DNA of 64,000 bases from an uncultured Ruficoccus sp. (GTDB taxonomy: Bacteria > Verrucomicrobiota > Verrucomicrobiia > Opitutales > Cerasicoccaceae), in assembly GCA_965140785.1 (NCBI GenBank), contig OZ223519.1:224001-288000 (forward strand), written 5' to 3'. The notes beneath the pieces are model-generated. The model made no database searches and was not told where the DNA came from. It was given only the letters and a program-made list of their open reading frames with translations. The translations under genes and the position numbers were made by a program. This document shows, piece by piece, positions 8,339 through 18,279 of this stretch (its first letter is position 1; each line of letters opens with the position of its first letter).

Positions 8339-11086
8339 TCACTCGCTCTCCGGCACGGAGTCGGGCGTTTTCAGTACGAGTTGGGTTTTTCCGTCAGGGC
8401 TTTGGGTGAAGCTGACCTCTTGGCTCAGACCGTCTTTCTCAATCGTCCAGACAGGGGCGTAGGAGTCGTCGTAAGTGATGGCCACCTCGGCGGTGGCGTC
8501 GCCCTTACCGGGGATGAGCAGGGAATAGTAGTGCATCTGCTCGACCGGGTCGAGGGGGCGCCAAGTCAACCCGAGCGCGCTGCCCAGGCTGCCTTCGCCG
8601 GAGCCGCCCGGATAGTAGGAGTAGCCCAGGTGCATGTAGCCCTGACGCATGGCCAGCTCCAGCACGTCGTCCGACTCGACCCAGAGGGAGAGGTTGGCGC
8701 CGGGGCGCTGAAGCAGCCAGCCGGCGTCCGGCAGCGGCGAAAGCTGGCTCTCCCCGTTGAAGTTGCTCAGCAGGATATTCAGGGAGGGAACCTGCGGCTG
8801 GGACAGCCGGATGGTGTCCTCAATGACGAAGGCGTCTAGCGCCTTGAGATACCACACGGTGCGCAGCATCGATTCCGGGTCGGATTTATAGGAGTCCTTG
8901 GCTTGGCTGGCGACTTTGACCCACGTGTCGTTATCCTCGAATTCCGTGAACTCCGCCACCCGGTCGCGGGTCTGGTTCTCGCCGTCGAGGGCGATGGTGT
9001 TGTGGGTGGTGGTAGCGATGTCCCAGCTCTTGTGGATCGGGTTGCGGTAGCTGGCGCGACCGGGCGCGATGGCCAGGTAATCGCCATGCGCGAAGAGCAG
9101 GAAGGCGTTGCGGTTGGGCCGGTCGTGCGAATAACCGGTTCCGGCGGCGCCGCCGCTGCGTAGCGCGAAGACCGTGTCGTCGCCGAAGTTCCAGCCCGAG
9201 CGGATGATCGCCAGGCCGTTGTCGAAGGTACGGGCCAGCGGTAGGCCCTTTTCCTGCGGCGAGACCGGGGCGGGCAGATCGCCGTTGCTGCGGCTGAGGC
9301 GGAAGCAGAACTCATAGACGTTCATTTTGGTCGAGGGGTGGATCAGGTTTTGGCTGATCCAGGTGCCCAGTCCGTCGTCGTAAATGTAGGCCAGGGATTC
9401 CGACACCAGGCGGGTGAAGGTCGTGCGCCCCTTCGGACCGGTGAGAAAGTCGTCGTCGCCGAAGTTCACGCGCCAGGCGCTGGTGACGCCGTCGTACTCG
9501 CCCTTGATAAAGTAGGTGACCATCCAGTCCAGCGAACCGCGCAGGGACTTGTCCTGGAGCAGTTCCTTGCCGCGCTCCGCGCCAAGGGCCCACCAGCCGA
9601 AGAGAAAACGGGAGAAGCCGTACTCGAAGTAACCCTGAGGCTCGCCGTAGCTGCCGTCCGGCTCGACCGATGTGGTCCAGCGCTCAAGCGTGTCGATGGC
9701 AACCTGCTCAGCCGCCTTGTCCTTTTGGGCAATGGCGCCAATGAGCCCGCCGCTGCCGATGACGGCGAGGAAGTTGTTTTTGTGTTTGCGGCCCGGGCCC
9801 TCCATCCAGCGCAGGGAAGGATCGAGACCCTTCTGCTGGATCATCTTCTGGACATGGGCGTACTCCTCCTGGCTGAAGAGGTCCTGGCACCAGTCCAGGG
9901 AGAGGCTGATACTGCGGGTCATTTCCGCGCACTCAAGCTGCCCGACCGGCCAGGCCGGGTCATAGGTGCGCAGCTCGGAGTGGATCCAGAAGTACGTGGG
10001 CCGGTCGGCCAGATCGAGGATCAACTGTCGAACGAGCTGACCCACATGCTGCTCGCCGGTGGCGGCATACAGCATCGCCAGCCGGGCCAGCCAGGGGCGG
10101 ACGACATAGGTGAAGCGGCTGGCCTCTTCCTCGGCCAGTTCGAAGCGGCCATTCTTGAGGAGCTTGCGTGCTTTTTCTTCGTTGGTTTCCCAGAAATCCT
10201 TCATCGCCGGTTCGGACGCCAGTTGCTCCTCCAGCCGGGCAAAGTCCTTGCGGTCGAATAGAATGCCGTGCTGGAAGGCCGGGTTTTTCACCCGCTCGGG
10301 GTCGATGGTGAAGACCAGGCTGTCGGCATCTTCCACCGGTTCCCAGGTGGGCAGAGTGGGCGCTTCGCCGGTGTCGGGCTCGCCCGGGGCGGGCGTGAAC
10401 CAGCGCGGCATATTGGCCAGGAATTTCTCATCACCCTTGATGGTCAGGCTCTCGAACCACAGTTCGTTGCCCGCATGGGTCGTCGCATAGAGTGTCATCT
10501 GATCGCCGGAGGCCAGGCCCCGGGCGGGGTAGGGGGCGAAGTCCTTCGCTTCGACGCCGTCCACCGACGCGGCGACAAGGGCTCCTTTCTCCGCATTGTA
10601 GGTCAGCGTGACGGTCTGGATTTTGTTCGGGGCAAAGGCTCCGATGGCAACGTCCTTATCCGTCTGCGGGTCGTGCAGGAAGATCGCCTGATTGCTCGCG
10701 CGCAGCTCCCATGCGCCTTTTTTCAGGAACCAGTTCAGGCCCTTGCCGTTCACCGGCACTGCCCCGAGGCGGATTTCGATGGTGGCCTGGGGGAAGGGCG
10801 GCAGGGCCGGGGAAGGAATCTCCAGCACGCTTTTCTCACCTTCCACGTTGGGGATGACCAAACGAGGGGGAGACGCCTGCCCGGTTGCACCCATGCTATC
10901 GTGCAACTGTAGCTTGGCGCTACCCTCGTAGGCCCAACCCTCGGGAGGTGTGTCCGCCGACTCCCAGTCTGCCGCCTCGACGTGCCAGAAGGTCTTGTCG
11001 GGCACATTCGTCTGACCCTGGGCGGGTAAATCGCTCGCCAGGCAGGTGGCCAAGGCAGTGACGACAGGAAGCAGGCGGAGTAACAT
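8339..11086 (-). CDS. Secreted heparinase II/III-like polysaccharide lyase with extra N-terminal domain
   Basis: Signal peptide; NNF, DGSYGE..GYFEYG, NFGD, GLAIIRSGW and HNTIALDG motifs typical of alpha/alpha-toroid + beta-sandwich lyases. Confidence 0.75.
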   Translation of the reverse strand: MLLRLLPVVTALATCLASDLPAQGQTNVPDKTFWHVEAADWESADTPPEGWAYEGSAKLQLHDSMGATGQASPPRLVIPNVEGEKSVLEIPSPALPPFPQATIEIRLGAVPVNGKGLNWFLKKGAWELRASNQAIFLHDPQTDKDVAIGAFAPNKIQTVTLTYNAEKGALVAASVDGVEAKDFAPYPARGLASGDQMTLYATTHAGNELWFESLTIKGDEKFLANMPRWFTPAPGEPDTGEAPTLPTWEPVEDADSLVFTIDPERVKNPAFQHGILFDRKDFARLEEQLASEPAMKDFWETNEEKARKLLKNGRFELAEEEASRFTYVVRPWLARLAMLYAATGEQHVGQLVRQLILDLADRPTYFWIHSELRTYDPAWPVGQLECAEMTRSISLSLDWCQDLFSQEEYAHVQKMIQQKGLDPSLRWMEGPGRKHKNNFLAVIGSGGLIGAIAQKDKAAEQVAIDTLERWTTSVEPDGSYGEPQGYFEYGFSRFLFGWWALGAERGKELLQDKSLRGSLDWMVTYFIKGEYDGVTSAWRVNFGDDDFLTGPKGRTTFTRLVSESLAYIYDDGLGTWISQNLIHPSTKMNVYEFCFRLSRSNGDLPAPVSPQEKGLPLARTFDNGLAIIRSGWNFGDDTVFALRSGGAAGTGYSHDRPNRNAFLLFAHGDYLAIAPGRASYRNPIHKSWDIATTTHNTIALDGENQTRDRVAEFTEFEDNDTWVKVASQAKDSYKSDPESMLRTVWYLKALDAFVIEDTIRLSQPQVPSLNILLSNFNGESQLSPLPDAGWLLQRPGANLSLWVESDDVLELAMRQGYMHLGYSYYPGGSGEGSLGSALGLTWRPLDPVEQMHYYSLLIPGKGDATAEVAITYDDSYAPVWTIEKDGLSQEVSFTQSPDGKTQLVLKTPDSVPESE

Positions 11087-11212
11087 AATCTTTATCTTCA
11101 AGGGTTGGAATGAACTTAGCGGCCCTTTTCCAGGCATACAACTCCCCCTGCGGCACCGGCGGGCGCCGCTGACAATGGGGAAAGCTGAATGAGCCGCGGC
11201 TAAACCCGGCGT

Positions 11213-12085
11213 CTAGCGACGGGCGCGGAAGCGGCGGCGCAGGAAGGGAATTATGGCCGTCGTGCCAATGAGCAGCAGCAGGGCACTCGAGGAAGGCTCG
11301 GGGACGATCGTCAGGCCACTGACCGAGTACGACCAGGTTTCGTTCGGGCTGTCGTCTTTATTCATCAGTGTATTGAACATGACATGCTGGCTGACATTGG
11401 TCCCGCTGCGGAACTCCAGATTATCGTCACTGGTGAAATTGCCTTCGGTCGAAGTGATCGAGGCACCCCAGCGACGGGCTGCGGAGTCAATCGTGATGTC
11501 GAAGGTATAGACACCCGATTCAACGAAATTGAGACCGGTGTTGATCGACGAATTACCCGACACATCTCCATTTCTCAGGGAGATGGCACTGCTGCTACTG
11601 ATGAGGATACCCCAGGTCTGGGAAGAGCTGCTGGTTGTACCGGTGATGGCGCCTTGAGAGCCAAAAAAACCGATAAAATCATTACTACCGAAGCCGTCCA
11701 GACTGTCGGCCCGGATGGTGAACGAGATCGTATAAACCGAGGGCAGTTCACCGACATCGTAGCCGCGGTTGATTGAACTGCGGTGTTGCTTTACAACGGC
11801 ATTTGAAGTAATCGTAGCCTGCAGGTAGTTGTTGCTGCCAACAATCGGGTTGGCATTGGTGACGGTCGGCGTGAGCGTGGCTTCCTCCGCGTAAGTCTCC
11901 CAAGCCGTCGTCCAGCCGCCCCCGCTGGTGCCGACGAACTGGGTGGAGGGGTTGGAGGTGCCTTCGCCGCCGGAAAAGTCCGCCACGATGTCAGCGTGGA
12001 GGTATGCCGAGCCCATCAGGGTCAGACCAGTTAGGGGCAAGAGGCGGAGCATTCGTGCGAGAGAGAGTTTTTTGTGGGTAAGCAT
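11213..12085 (-). CDS. PEP-CTERM sorting domain surface protein
   Basis: Signal peptide, Ser/Thr-rich body, C-terminal VPEPSS-hydrophobic helix-RRRFRARR. Confidence 0.9.
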   Translation of the reverse strand: MLTHKKLSLARMLRLLPLTGLTLMGSAYLHADIVADFSGGEGTSNPSTQFVGTSGGGWTTAWETYAEEATLTPTVTNANPIVGSNNYLQATITSNAVVKQHRSSINRGYDVGELPSVYTISFTIRADSLDGFGSNDFIGFFGSQGAITGTTSSSSQTWGILISSSSAISLRNGDVSGNSSINTGLNFVESGVYTFDITIDSAARRWGASITSTEGNFTSDDNLEFRSGTNVSQHVMFNTLMNKDDSPNETWSYSVSGLTIVPEPSSSALLLLIGTTAIIPFLRRRFRARR

Positions 12086-12148
12086 GGTTTTCTTGGGTTG
12101 GGTTAGCTGTTTTCGGGCTGGCCTCTTTGACGGCCTGCACGTGGGTAA

Positions 12149-12177
12149 ATGATAGCAATTTCAGGCATTTTTGTCTA
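12149..12177 (-). promoter_or_regulatory. Sigma70-like promoter of the PEP-CTERM/lyase unit
   Basis: Minus strand TAGACA-17 bp-TATCAT with extended -10 TG; the -35 box is flanked by the 8-bp inverted repeat TTCAGGCA/TGCCTGAA (12160-12187). Confidence 0.55.
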
Positions 12178-12468
12178 TGTGCCTGAAGTGAGATTCTTTG
12201 TCCTATATTGATCAAAGATACTGCATGTGCGCCGGGGTTGTGCGCAAGCGTGGGGAGGAGACGGGTAAAAGAGTAGGTTGTTGCCGGAAATTGATGCGGG
12301 AACTGCGTCTCATGCTATTCTTACCGTTTGGTATGTCGATGCTAATTCTATTGAATCCAAGGTTCTATAAGAGTTCAGGGCGATCTGGCGTGTTGTGCGT
12401 TCTACTTTATTAGAGGCTGTATATTTGCCTTATATTGACAAAAGTGGAGGGTCGTATTTGTTGGAGGT

Positions 12469-13374
12469 ATGGGACTAGTCCTGTACGAAACCTCGAATCT
12501 CGAGCCCCCACTGGTTTACTCGGATGAGCGCGTTTTTATTGTCCCTCCGCGGGGGCGGGTGACGGTCCCGAACCGCGAATTCAAGATCGTTTATTTCCTC
12601 CGTGCGCAAGGGCGTCTGTGCATCGATACCCATCACACCTATGAGCTTTCGGATGGGGCGTTGGTTGTCTTCCCGCGCGCCTGCAAACACCTTTACGAAA
12701 ACAGCTCACCCGACGGGTCCGCGCAGATCCACGCCTTCCGATTGGCGCTCCAGCCGCGGGAAAAAATCCGCTGCATGAAGGATGTCCGCAAGAAGCATTT
12801 TTTTACGGAAAACTTCTCTCTCCCTCAGATGACCAGTGCTCTGCACGAGCCGGCCATTATCGAAAACATCAACCTTATCCGCCGCGAGGTCGAGCAGAAG
12901 GCATCGGGCTGGGAGCTGGCGGTGAACGCCGCCATCTGGCAATTCCTCGTCTCGGCGGCTCGTGCTTTTCAGACGACTGACCAGCCCGCCAAGAAAACGG
13001 TTTCGACACGCTTTCTCATTGTCAACAAAGCCCGCGAGTACATCCACAAAAATTACCACCGCCCCCTCACGCTGGGAGAGATCGCGCTCTATGTGGACCG
13101 TGGCGAGGAGCACCTCGCCCGCGAGTTCAAAAAGAGCCTGGGCATCACGGTCTTTCAATACCTGCGCCAGACCCGGATCGAGGCCGCGATCAGCCTGATG
13201 GCGGATTCGGCCTATTCGCTGACCCAGATAGCTTCACTGACGGGCTTCAGTACGCTGGCCTTTTTCAGCCGCTGCTTCCGGGAGGCCACCGGTAAGTCGC
13301 CTTCGGCCTACCGATCGGAGCTGGCCAGCCAGTTGATCATGCCCGAGGGCCAGAATCGCTACGAAATGTACTGA
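12469..13374 (+). CDS. AraC family transcriptional regulator
   Basis: Cupin-like N-terminus; LTLGEIA..GEEHLAREFK and GFSTLAFFSRCFREATGKSPSAYR. Confidence 0.92.
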   Translation: MGLVLYETSNLEPPLVYSDERVFIVPPRGRVTVPNREFKIVYFLRAQGRLCIDTHHTYELSDGALVVFPRACKHLYENSSPDGSAQIHAFRLALQPREKIRCMKDVRKKHFFTENFSLPQMTSALHEPAIIENINLIRREVEQKASGWELAVNAAIWQFLVSAARAFQTTDQPAKKTVSTRFLIVNKAREYIHKNYHRPLTLGEIALYVDRGEEHLAREFKKSLGITVFQYLRQTRIEAAISLMADSAYSLTQIASLTGFSTLAFFSRCFREATGKSPSAYRSELASQLIMPEGQNRYEMY

Positions 13375-13400
13375 GCGGCTAGCCGGGATTATGAAATAAA

Positions 13401-13430
13401 TCAGGCGTATCCGCTTATGGATACGCCTGA
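13401..13430. terminator. Hairpin, probable terminator between convergent genes
   Basis: TCAGGCGTATCC-GCTTAT-GGATACGCCTGA, perfect 12-bp stem; U-rich tail on the minus strand. Confidence 0.7.
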
Positions 13431-13475
13431 GGAAATTCGGACGGATATTGTTGGTGGCGAACGCTTGGCGCCCGC

Positions 13476-14459
13476 TCAGGATTCGCTCATGGTTTTGACG
13501 CGATCGAGCGTGAGCGAAGTCTGAGGCTTTTCTCCCCGGAAATAGCGGTCGAACTCATCGGCGAGGAAGTCCCAGCGCTGCTCGAACTCGATCGGGTTGT
13601 TGGCCCGGTGGGGTGTCAGCAGCACGTTATCCCGACCCCGTAGGGGGCTGTGTTCGGGCAGGGGTTCTTCTTCGAAGACATCGAGCGCGAGGTGGATGTT
13701 GCGCGTGGCGGCGGCTTCGGCCATGGCCGCCTCATCCACCATCTTGCCCCGGGCGATGTTTACAAAGAGTGCGCGCTCACCCATGCGGGCGAAGTGCTCG
13801 GCCCCGACGAGGTGGGTCGTCTCGGCGGTATGGCCACCGGAGAGGATGATGATTTCACATTCGGAGAAAATCTCTTCCATCCCGGCGCGGGTGACATTCA
13901 GCTTGGCGGCTTCCTCCTCGGACATGTGGCCGGAGCGTACCCAGATGTCGTCCGTGAAGAGGCGGAAAAGGTCGTAGATGCCGCGTCCGATCAGACCGAA
14001 GCCGATGATGCCGACCCGGCGGTTGTGCAGGATGCGTGAGCGGGGGTACTTGAAGCGCGGCCACGGCTCCGCACTGTTCATGTGGTGATGGTAATTATGG
14101 ATCTCCAACAGGGAACTGAGGACGAGTCCGAGCGTGTACTCGGCCATGGGCCGAGGCCGGGTCGGTCCGGTGTGGATGACGTGTAGTCCTTTTTCAATGG
14201 CATACACATCGTCGATGCTCTGCCGGGTGCCGCCGTAGGTCGTTCCCACGAGCTTCAGACTGTCGCCGGCGTCGATAACTTTTTGCGTGATCACCACCTC
14301 GGGTGTATAGGGCACGATGACGGCCTCATGCCCGGCGATGTTGGCGAGCAGGGAGTCCTCCGTGCAGGTTTCCAGTTCGGTGAGGTCGGCGTGCTTGAGC
14401 AGCCGCTGACGCGCTTCGTCGTCGGCCACTTTGCAGCCAAAAAGGATTTTGGGTTTCAT
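13476..14459 (-). CDS. D-isomer-specific 2-hydroxyacid dehydrogenase family protein
   Basis: GIIGFGLIG, NIARGKMVDE, LDVFEEEP, TPH motifs. Confidence 0.9.
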   Translation of the reverse strand: MKPKILFGCKVADDEARQRLLKHADLTELETCTEDSLLANIAGHEAVIVPYTPEVVITQKVIDAGDSLKLVGTTYGGTRQSIDDVYAIEKGLHVIHTGPTRPRPMAEYTLGLVLSSLLEIHNYHHHMNSAEPWPRFKYPRSRILHNRRVGIIGFGLIGRGIYDLFRLFTDDIWVRSGHMSEEEAAKLNVTRAGMEEIFSECEIIILSGGHTAETTHLVGAEHFARMGERALFVNIARGKMVDEAAMAEAAATRNIHLALDVFEEEPLPEHSPLRGRDNVLLTPHRANNPIEFEQRWDFLADEFDRYFRGEKPQTSLTLDRVKTMSES

Positions 14460-14611
14460 GGGTCCGTGCTTTTGAGGATGGGTTCGTATGGCGCGCTAGG
14501 AGCACGCTTGTGAGAATGACAGAGTGGCAAGGGAAGGCCCGGCCTGGCGAGGATTTCTCTTCGCGGGCTCACGGGATTCCGTTTGTCCTTGGTGGGGCAA
14601 AGACGCCCGGC

Positions 14612-15337
14612 TCAGAAGTAGCCGCCGCGTTCGACAATTTCGCTGGTCGAGAGGCCGTCCTGTACCCACTTTTTCAGTTCGCCTTCGCTGTTGGCGATTT
14701 CTTCGGCCCGCAACAGCACCTCGTAGGCGATGTCGCGGGGCACGACGATGCATCCGTCGATATCGCCGAAGATAATGTCGCCGGGGAAGATGTCCACCTC
14801 GCCGATGCGGATCGGGGTCTGCCAGCCGCTGATGCGGAAGCGCCCGAGCATGCCGTTGGAGCTGCGGTACTTGACGAAGACGGGGAAATTCTGCGGCAGG
14901 ACGCGGTCGGTGTCACGCACACCGCCGTCAACGATCGCTCCGCGGCAGCCGCGGCGTTTGGCGGCCATGGTCATGACCTCGCCCCACTGGGCGGACTCGT
15001 CGTCGCCGCTGGTGTCCCAGGCGATAACGGACTGCGGGGGGAGCGAGTCGAGCATGCGGGCGCGCTCCTCCATCTCGTCCTTGATCTGCAGGCTTTTGGC
15101 CCCCTTGATCGTGAAGACAGGACCGGCCACCTTCATGGTCTCCCGCAGCGGCATAATGTTGTTGGGCAGGGTCTGGTGCGTGAGGTTCTTTTCGCGCAGC
15201 ACGTCATTGACGGCGGCGGTAAATAACGCCTCGTAGCGTTCGCACAGTTCCTGTTCCGGAATGGGGAAGGCGGTCAGCTCTTTGTCCGCGCGTGCGGCCT
15301 TGAGCTGCGTTAAGTCCATGAGCGGTTGATTGGCCAT
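14612..15337 (-). CDS. RraA family / HMG-CHA aldolase-like protein
   Basis: AQWGEVM, GAIVDGGVRD, IFPGDIIFGDIDG motifs. Confidence 0.88.
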   Translation of the reverse strand: MANQPLMDLTQLKAARADKELTAFPIPEQELCERYEALFTAAVNDVLREKNLTHQTLPNNIMPLRETMKVAGPVFTIKGAKSLQIKDEMEERARMLDSLPPQSVIAWDTSGDDESAQWGEVMTMAAKRRGCRGAIVDGGVRDTDRVLPQNFPVFVKYRSSNGMLGRFRISGWQTPIRIGEVDIFPGDIIFGDIDGCIVVPRDIAYEVLLRAEEIANSEGELKKWVQDGLSTSEIVERGGYF

Positions 15338-15361
15338 GATTGGTAAGTGTTGAAAGGGGGA

Positions 15362-16405
15362 TTATTTAATGTCAGTGATGCCGAGCAGGTGTGCCTGGCC
15401 CATTGCCAGGACCACCGGGCCGAAGGCGTGAACGTCGTTGAGTACCGGGGGCGTGGCCTTGTACTCCAGAATGGTTCCCTGACCGGGGCAGAGACAGCCG
15501 CGGCAGGTATGGTAAATGTCGGTGTCGCTACTGATGTAGGCGAGGAGGCCCTTGAGGCCGCGCTCAAAGCGTGCGCGCTCGCTCTCCCCGACGATGCCGG
15601 CGGTGAGGCCCAGTCCGAGCGCATAGAGTATCAGGCCGCTGCCTGAAGTCTCCACGTAGGAGCGGTCGTGGTCCGTCATTTCCTGATGCCAGAGTCCCTG
15701 CTCGTCCTGGAAGTCCGCACAGGCGCGGACGTGATCGAGGTACTGGGCGACGGCTTCCTTTTTATGCGGATGAGCCTCCGGAAGATAGACGGCCAGCTCG
15801 GCCATGGCGAGGGCGCCCCAGCCATTACCACGGCTCCAGTGGTCTTCGGACTGATGACCGGGACCCCGCATATTGCGGCTCTGGTGCAGCAGGCCGTTCT
15901 CCTTTTCGTTGAAAATCCGGACCATCTTGTTCGTTTGCTGAAAGGCTTCCCCGACGTAGTCATCGTTATTCAGCGCCAGACCCGCGAAAAGCAGGAAGGG
16001 AGAAACGGCGAAGGCCACATCGATCCAGATCACGTCCTCACCAGGCAGGCGAGGGTGGGTCAGGATCCCGTTGGGGGTGCGCACGGCGTCGTTGAGGATC
16101 TCGTCCGCGTAAAAGCGGACGGTCTTCTCGGCCTCGGGCAGCAGCCCACGGTAAAGCATCCAGGCTGTGCCGTTACCGCCGCACAGATAGTTGGGGAAAT
16201 TGACGTAAAAGTCCCGTTCGCCCTTCACATAAGGGTCGAACTGCTTCCGCGCTTCGGCGATGAGTTTTTCGTCGCCGGTTTCACTGGCGAGCCGGGCCAG
16301 TCCGTGCAGCGAAACAATGCCCGCGTAGTGGTCGAAGTTTTTATGTACCTCGAGGTGTTTGTGGAAGGCGGACAAGGCCAAGGGTAAGGTGGAAGCCGTT
16401 TTCAT
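15362..16405 (-). CDS. GH105/GH88 unsaturated uronyl hydrolase
   Basis: IWID, GLLHQ, WSRGNGW, GLWHQ, YVETSGS motifs; no signal peptide. Confidence 0.88.
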   Translation of the reverse strand: MKTASTLPLALSAFHKHLEVHKNFDHYAGIVSLHGLARLASETGDEKLIAEARKQFDPYVKGERDFYVNFPNYLCGGNGTAWMLYRGLLPEAEKTVRFYADEILNDAVRTPNGILTHPRLPGEDVIWIDVAFAVSPFLLFAGLALNNDDYVGEAFQQTNKMVRIFNEKENGLLHQSRNMRGPGHQSEDHWSRGNGWGALAMAELAVYLPEAHPHKKEAVAQYLDHVRACADFQDEQGLWHQEMTDHDRSYVETSGSGLILYALGLGLTAGIVGESERARFERGLKGLLAYISSDTDIYHTCRGCLCPGQGTILEYKATPPVLNDVHAFGPVVLAMGQAHLLGITDIK

Positions 16406-16521
16406 GGAATGCCTCATTAAATCAAAATGCACGCCCCGCGTCTATAGTATCGATTGATATATCTTTCACTATTTTGACTTGGGTCTTGTTGCCGGGCTGG
16501 GAAATGCGATATGTTTGTTTT

Positions 16522-17442
16522 ATGGGATACAGCTCGCATTCGATGGAGAATCTTGGGCAGCCGTTTCTGATCGCGGACGAAATGGTTTTCTATATCCCGA
16601 AGGGCGGGCAGGTCGTCATCACCAAGGACCAGTTCAAGCTGCTCTTCGTCCTCAAGGGCGAAATCCTGCACGACCTCGATGGGCTGGCAGAGCACACGCT
16701 GCTCAAGGAGGGGGACGTGCTCGTGTGTCCCGGCTTTCGGCAGCATCGGTTTACCAACCCCGACCCTGCCCGCGTGCGCCAGTTGCACGTGATGCGCCTG
16801 TTTCTCGACGGCGAAGCCATCCGCAAGTGCGCCCATCGGCGGGTGCGGCGCCCCGAGAACAACCTCAGCGACTTTGTTTATCACCACTTCAACCGCACTG
16901 TCCAGTTCGTCGGTGGAATTGACGGTGAAATCATTCAGTCGCTCAATGCCCTGCGCCGGGAAACCGAGCAGCGGGGCATCGGCTACCGGCACCGTGCCCG
17001 TTCGCTGTGCACGGACTTGCTCATCTCGGTGGCGCGTAAGCTGGGGGAGTGCGACAAGCAGCAGGAGCCCCGGGGGAAGAACGGGGCGAGTCATCTGGTC
17101 GCGGCCAGCAAGGAGTACATCTTGAAGAATCTTGATGCCAAGCTCACGCTCGGGGAAATCGCCTGGTACGCGGGCAAGGGAGAGGAGCATCTGGCGCGGG
17201 TCTTTAAGCGCGAAACCGGGCAGAGTGTATTCGACTACGTGCGCGAAATGCGGGTCAACCAGGCCAAGACCTACCTGCTGGATTCGTCCCTGAGCCTGAC
17301 GCGTATCGCCGGGTTGTGCGGTTTCTCCTCGCTATCATTTTTCAGCCGTACCTTTAGCGAACTGGTGGGTATCTCCCCCTCGGCCTATCGCCAGCATATC
17401 GAGACCTCGGTCTTGCCGCATCCTGCGGGTCAGGAGGGATAA
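16522..17442 (+). CDS. AraC family transcriptional regulator (paralogue of 12469..13374)
   Basis: LTLGEIAWYAGKGEEHLARVFK and GFSSLSFFSRTF..GISPSAYR; start could also be 16543. Confidence 0.92.
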   Translation: MGYSSHSMENLGQPFLIADEMVFYIPKGGQVVITKDQFKLLFVLKGEILHDLDGLAEHTLLKEGDVLVCPGFRQHRFTNPDPARVRQLHVMRLFLDGEAIRKCAHRRVRRPENNLSDFVYHHFNRTVQFVGGIDGEIIQSLNALRRETEQRGIGYRHRARSLCTDLLISVARKLGECDKQQEPRGKNGASHLVAASKEYILKNLDAKLTLGEIAWYAGKGEEHLARVFKRETGQSVFDYVREMRVNQAKTYLLDSSLSLTRIAGLCGFSSLSFFSRTFSELVGISPSAYRQHIETSVLPHPAGQEG

Positions 17443-17507
17443 GAAAAATCGTCCCTTTGCCGGAGGAGAATCCTATGGCTGGTTACTGCCAGGGGATGCC
17501 CGCGGCA

Positions 17508-18254
17508 TTAGGTGCCGGGTATTCCGCGAGGAGCCGTTTCTCGTTTCTGCACGACTTGGTAGTACTTGCGGATACTTGGGGTGGCTCCTGCCTCTCCGTA
17601 TATAAAGACCCAGGCCCGGCGTTGCTTGGGAGAAGCCCAGCGGGACTGGTAGATCATGTTCCATTCGCTGTTGCGGGCATTGGAGGCCATCTGGACATCG
17701 ACGTTCTTTGTGTCAACGTCGGCGAGGGAGACGATGTGATTACGACCGGGCGCGACCTGGAACTTTTCATCGCCCACCCGGATCGCCATCGCGGCCCCGG
17801 TGAGATTGTAGAAGTTAAAGGCATTGGCCGTAAACCCGGACCCGGCATCGGGCAGGGCGAGAATCTTATAGGCCTGCTGCGCTCCGCTGGTGGAAGGCAG
17901 GAAGACCAGCAATAGCCGTTTGACGTTGCGGGGGATGGTGACGGAAGTCTGGAGATCGTAGAGGATTTCGCCTTCCGGGCCGGTACGCTGGGTGTAGAAG
18001 CCCATTTCCGGGGAGCCGCGATAGGTCAGTTCATGACCGGGAGCGCCGTTGGGGATAAAGAGCGAGACGGGCTTGCCTCCATCGAAGTAGAGCAGGTCCT
18101 GAATCGAGCCCTGCCAGGAGAGCGCGTAAAAGGAGACGGAGACGGGCTCCTCTTCCTGCTGGGCATGGGCGAACGGCGTGAGGCTCGCGAGCAGACCAAG
18201 GCTCAGTAGGGCTCTGCGTGCCAGGAGAGAGGGGAGTGAAGTCGTCAGGCTCAT
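17508..18254 (-). CDS. Secreted hypothetical beta-rich protein, partner of the upstream PilX-like protein
   Basis: Signal peptide ending AHA-QQ; lies 25 bp downstream of 18280..21822; start at MSLTTS. Confidence 0.75.
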   Translation of the reverse strand: MSLTTSLPSLLARRALLSLGLLASLTPFAHAQQEEEPVSVSFYALSWQGSIQDLLYFDGGKPVSLFIPNGAPGHELTYRGSPEMGFYTQRTGPEGEILYDLQTSVTIPRNVKRLLLVFLPSTSGAQQAYKILALPDAGSGFTANAFNFYNLTGAAMAIRVGDEKFQVAPGRNHIVSLADVDTKNVDVQMASNARNSEWNMIYQSRWASPKQRRAWVFIYGEAGATPSIRKYYQVVQKRETAPRGIPGT

Positions 18255-18279
18255 AGGAAATCGAGAGGGCGTTGGGGGG

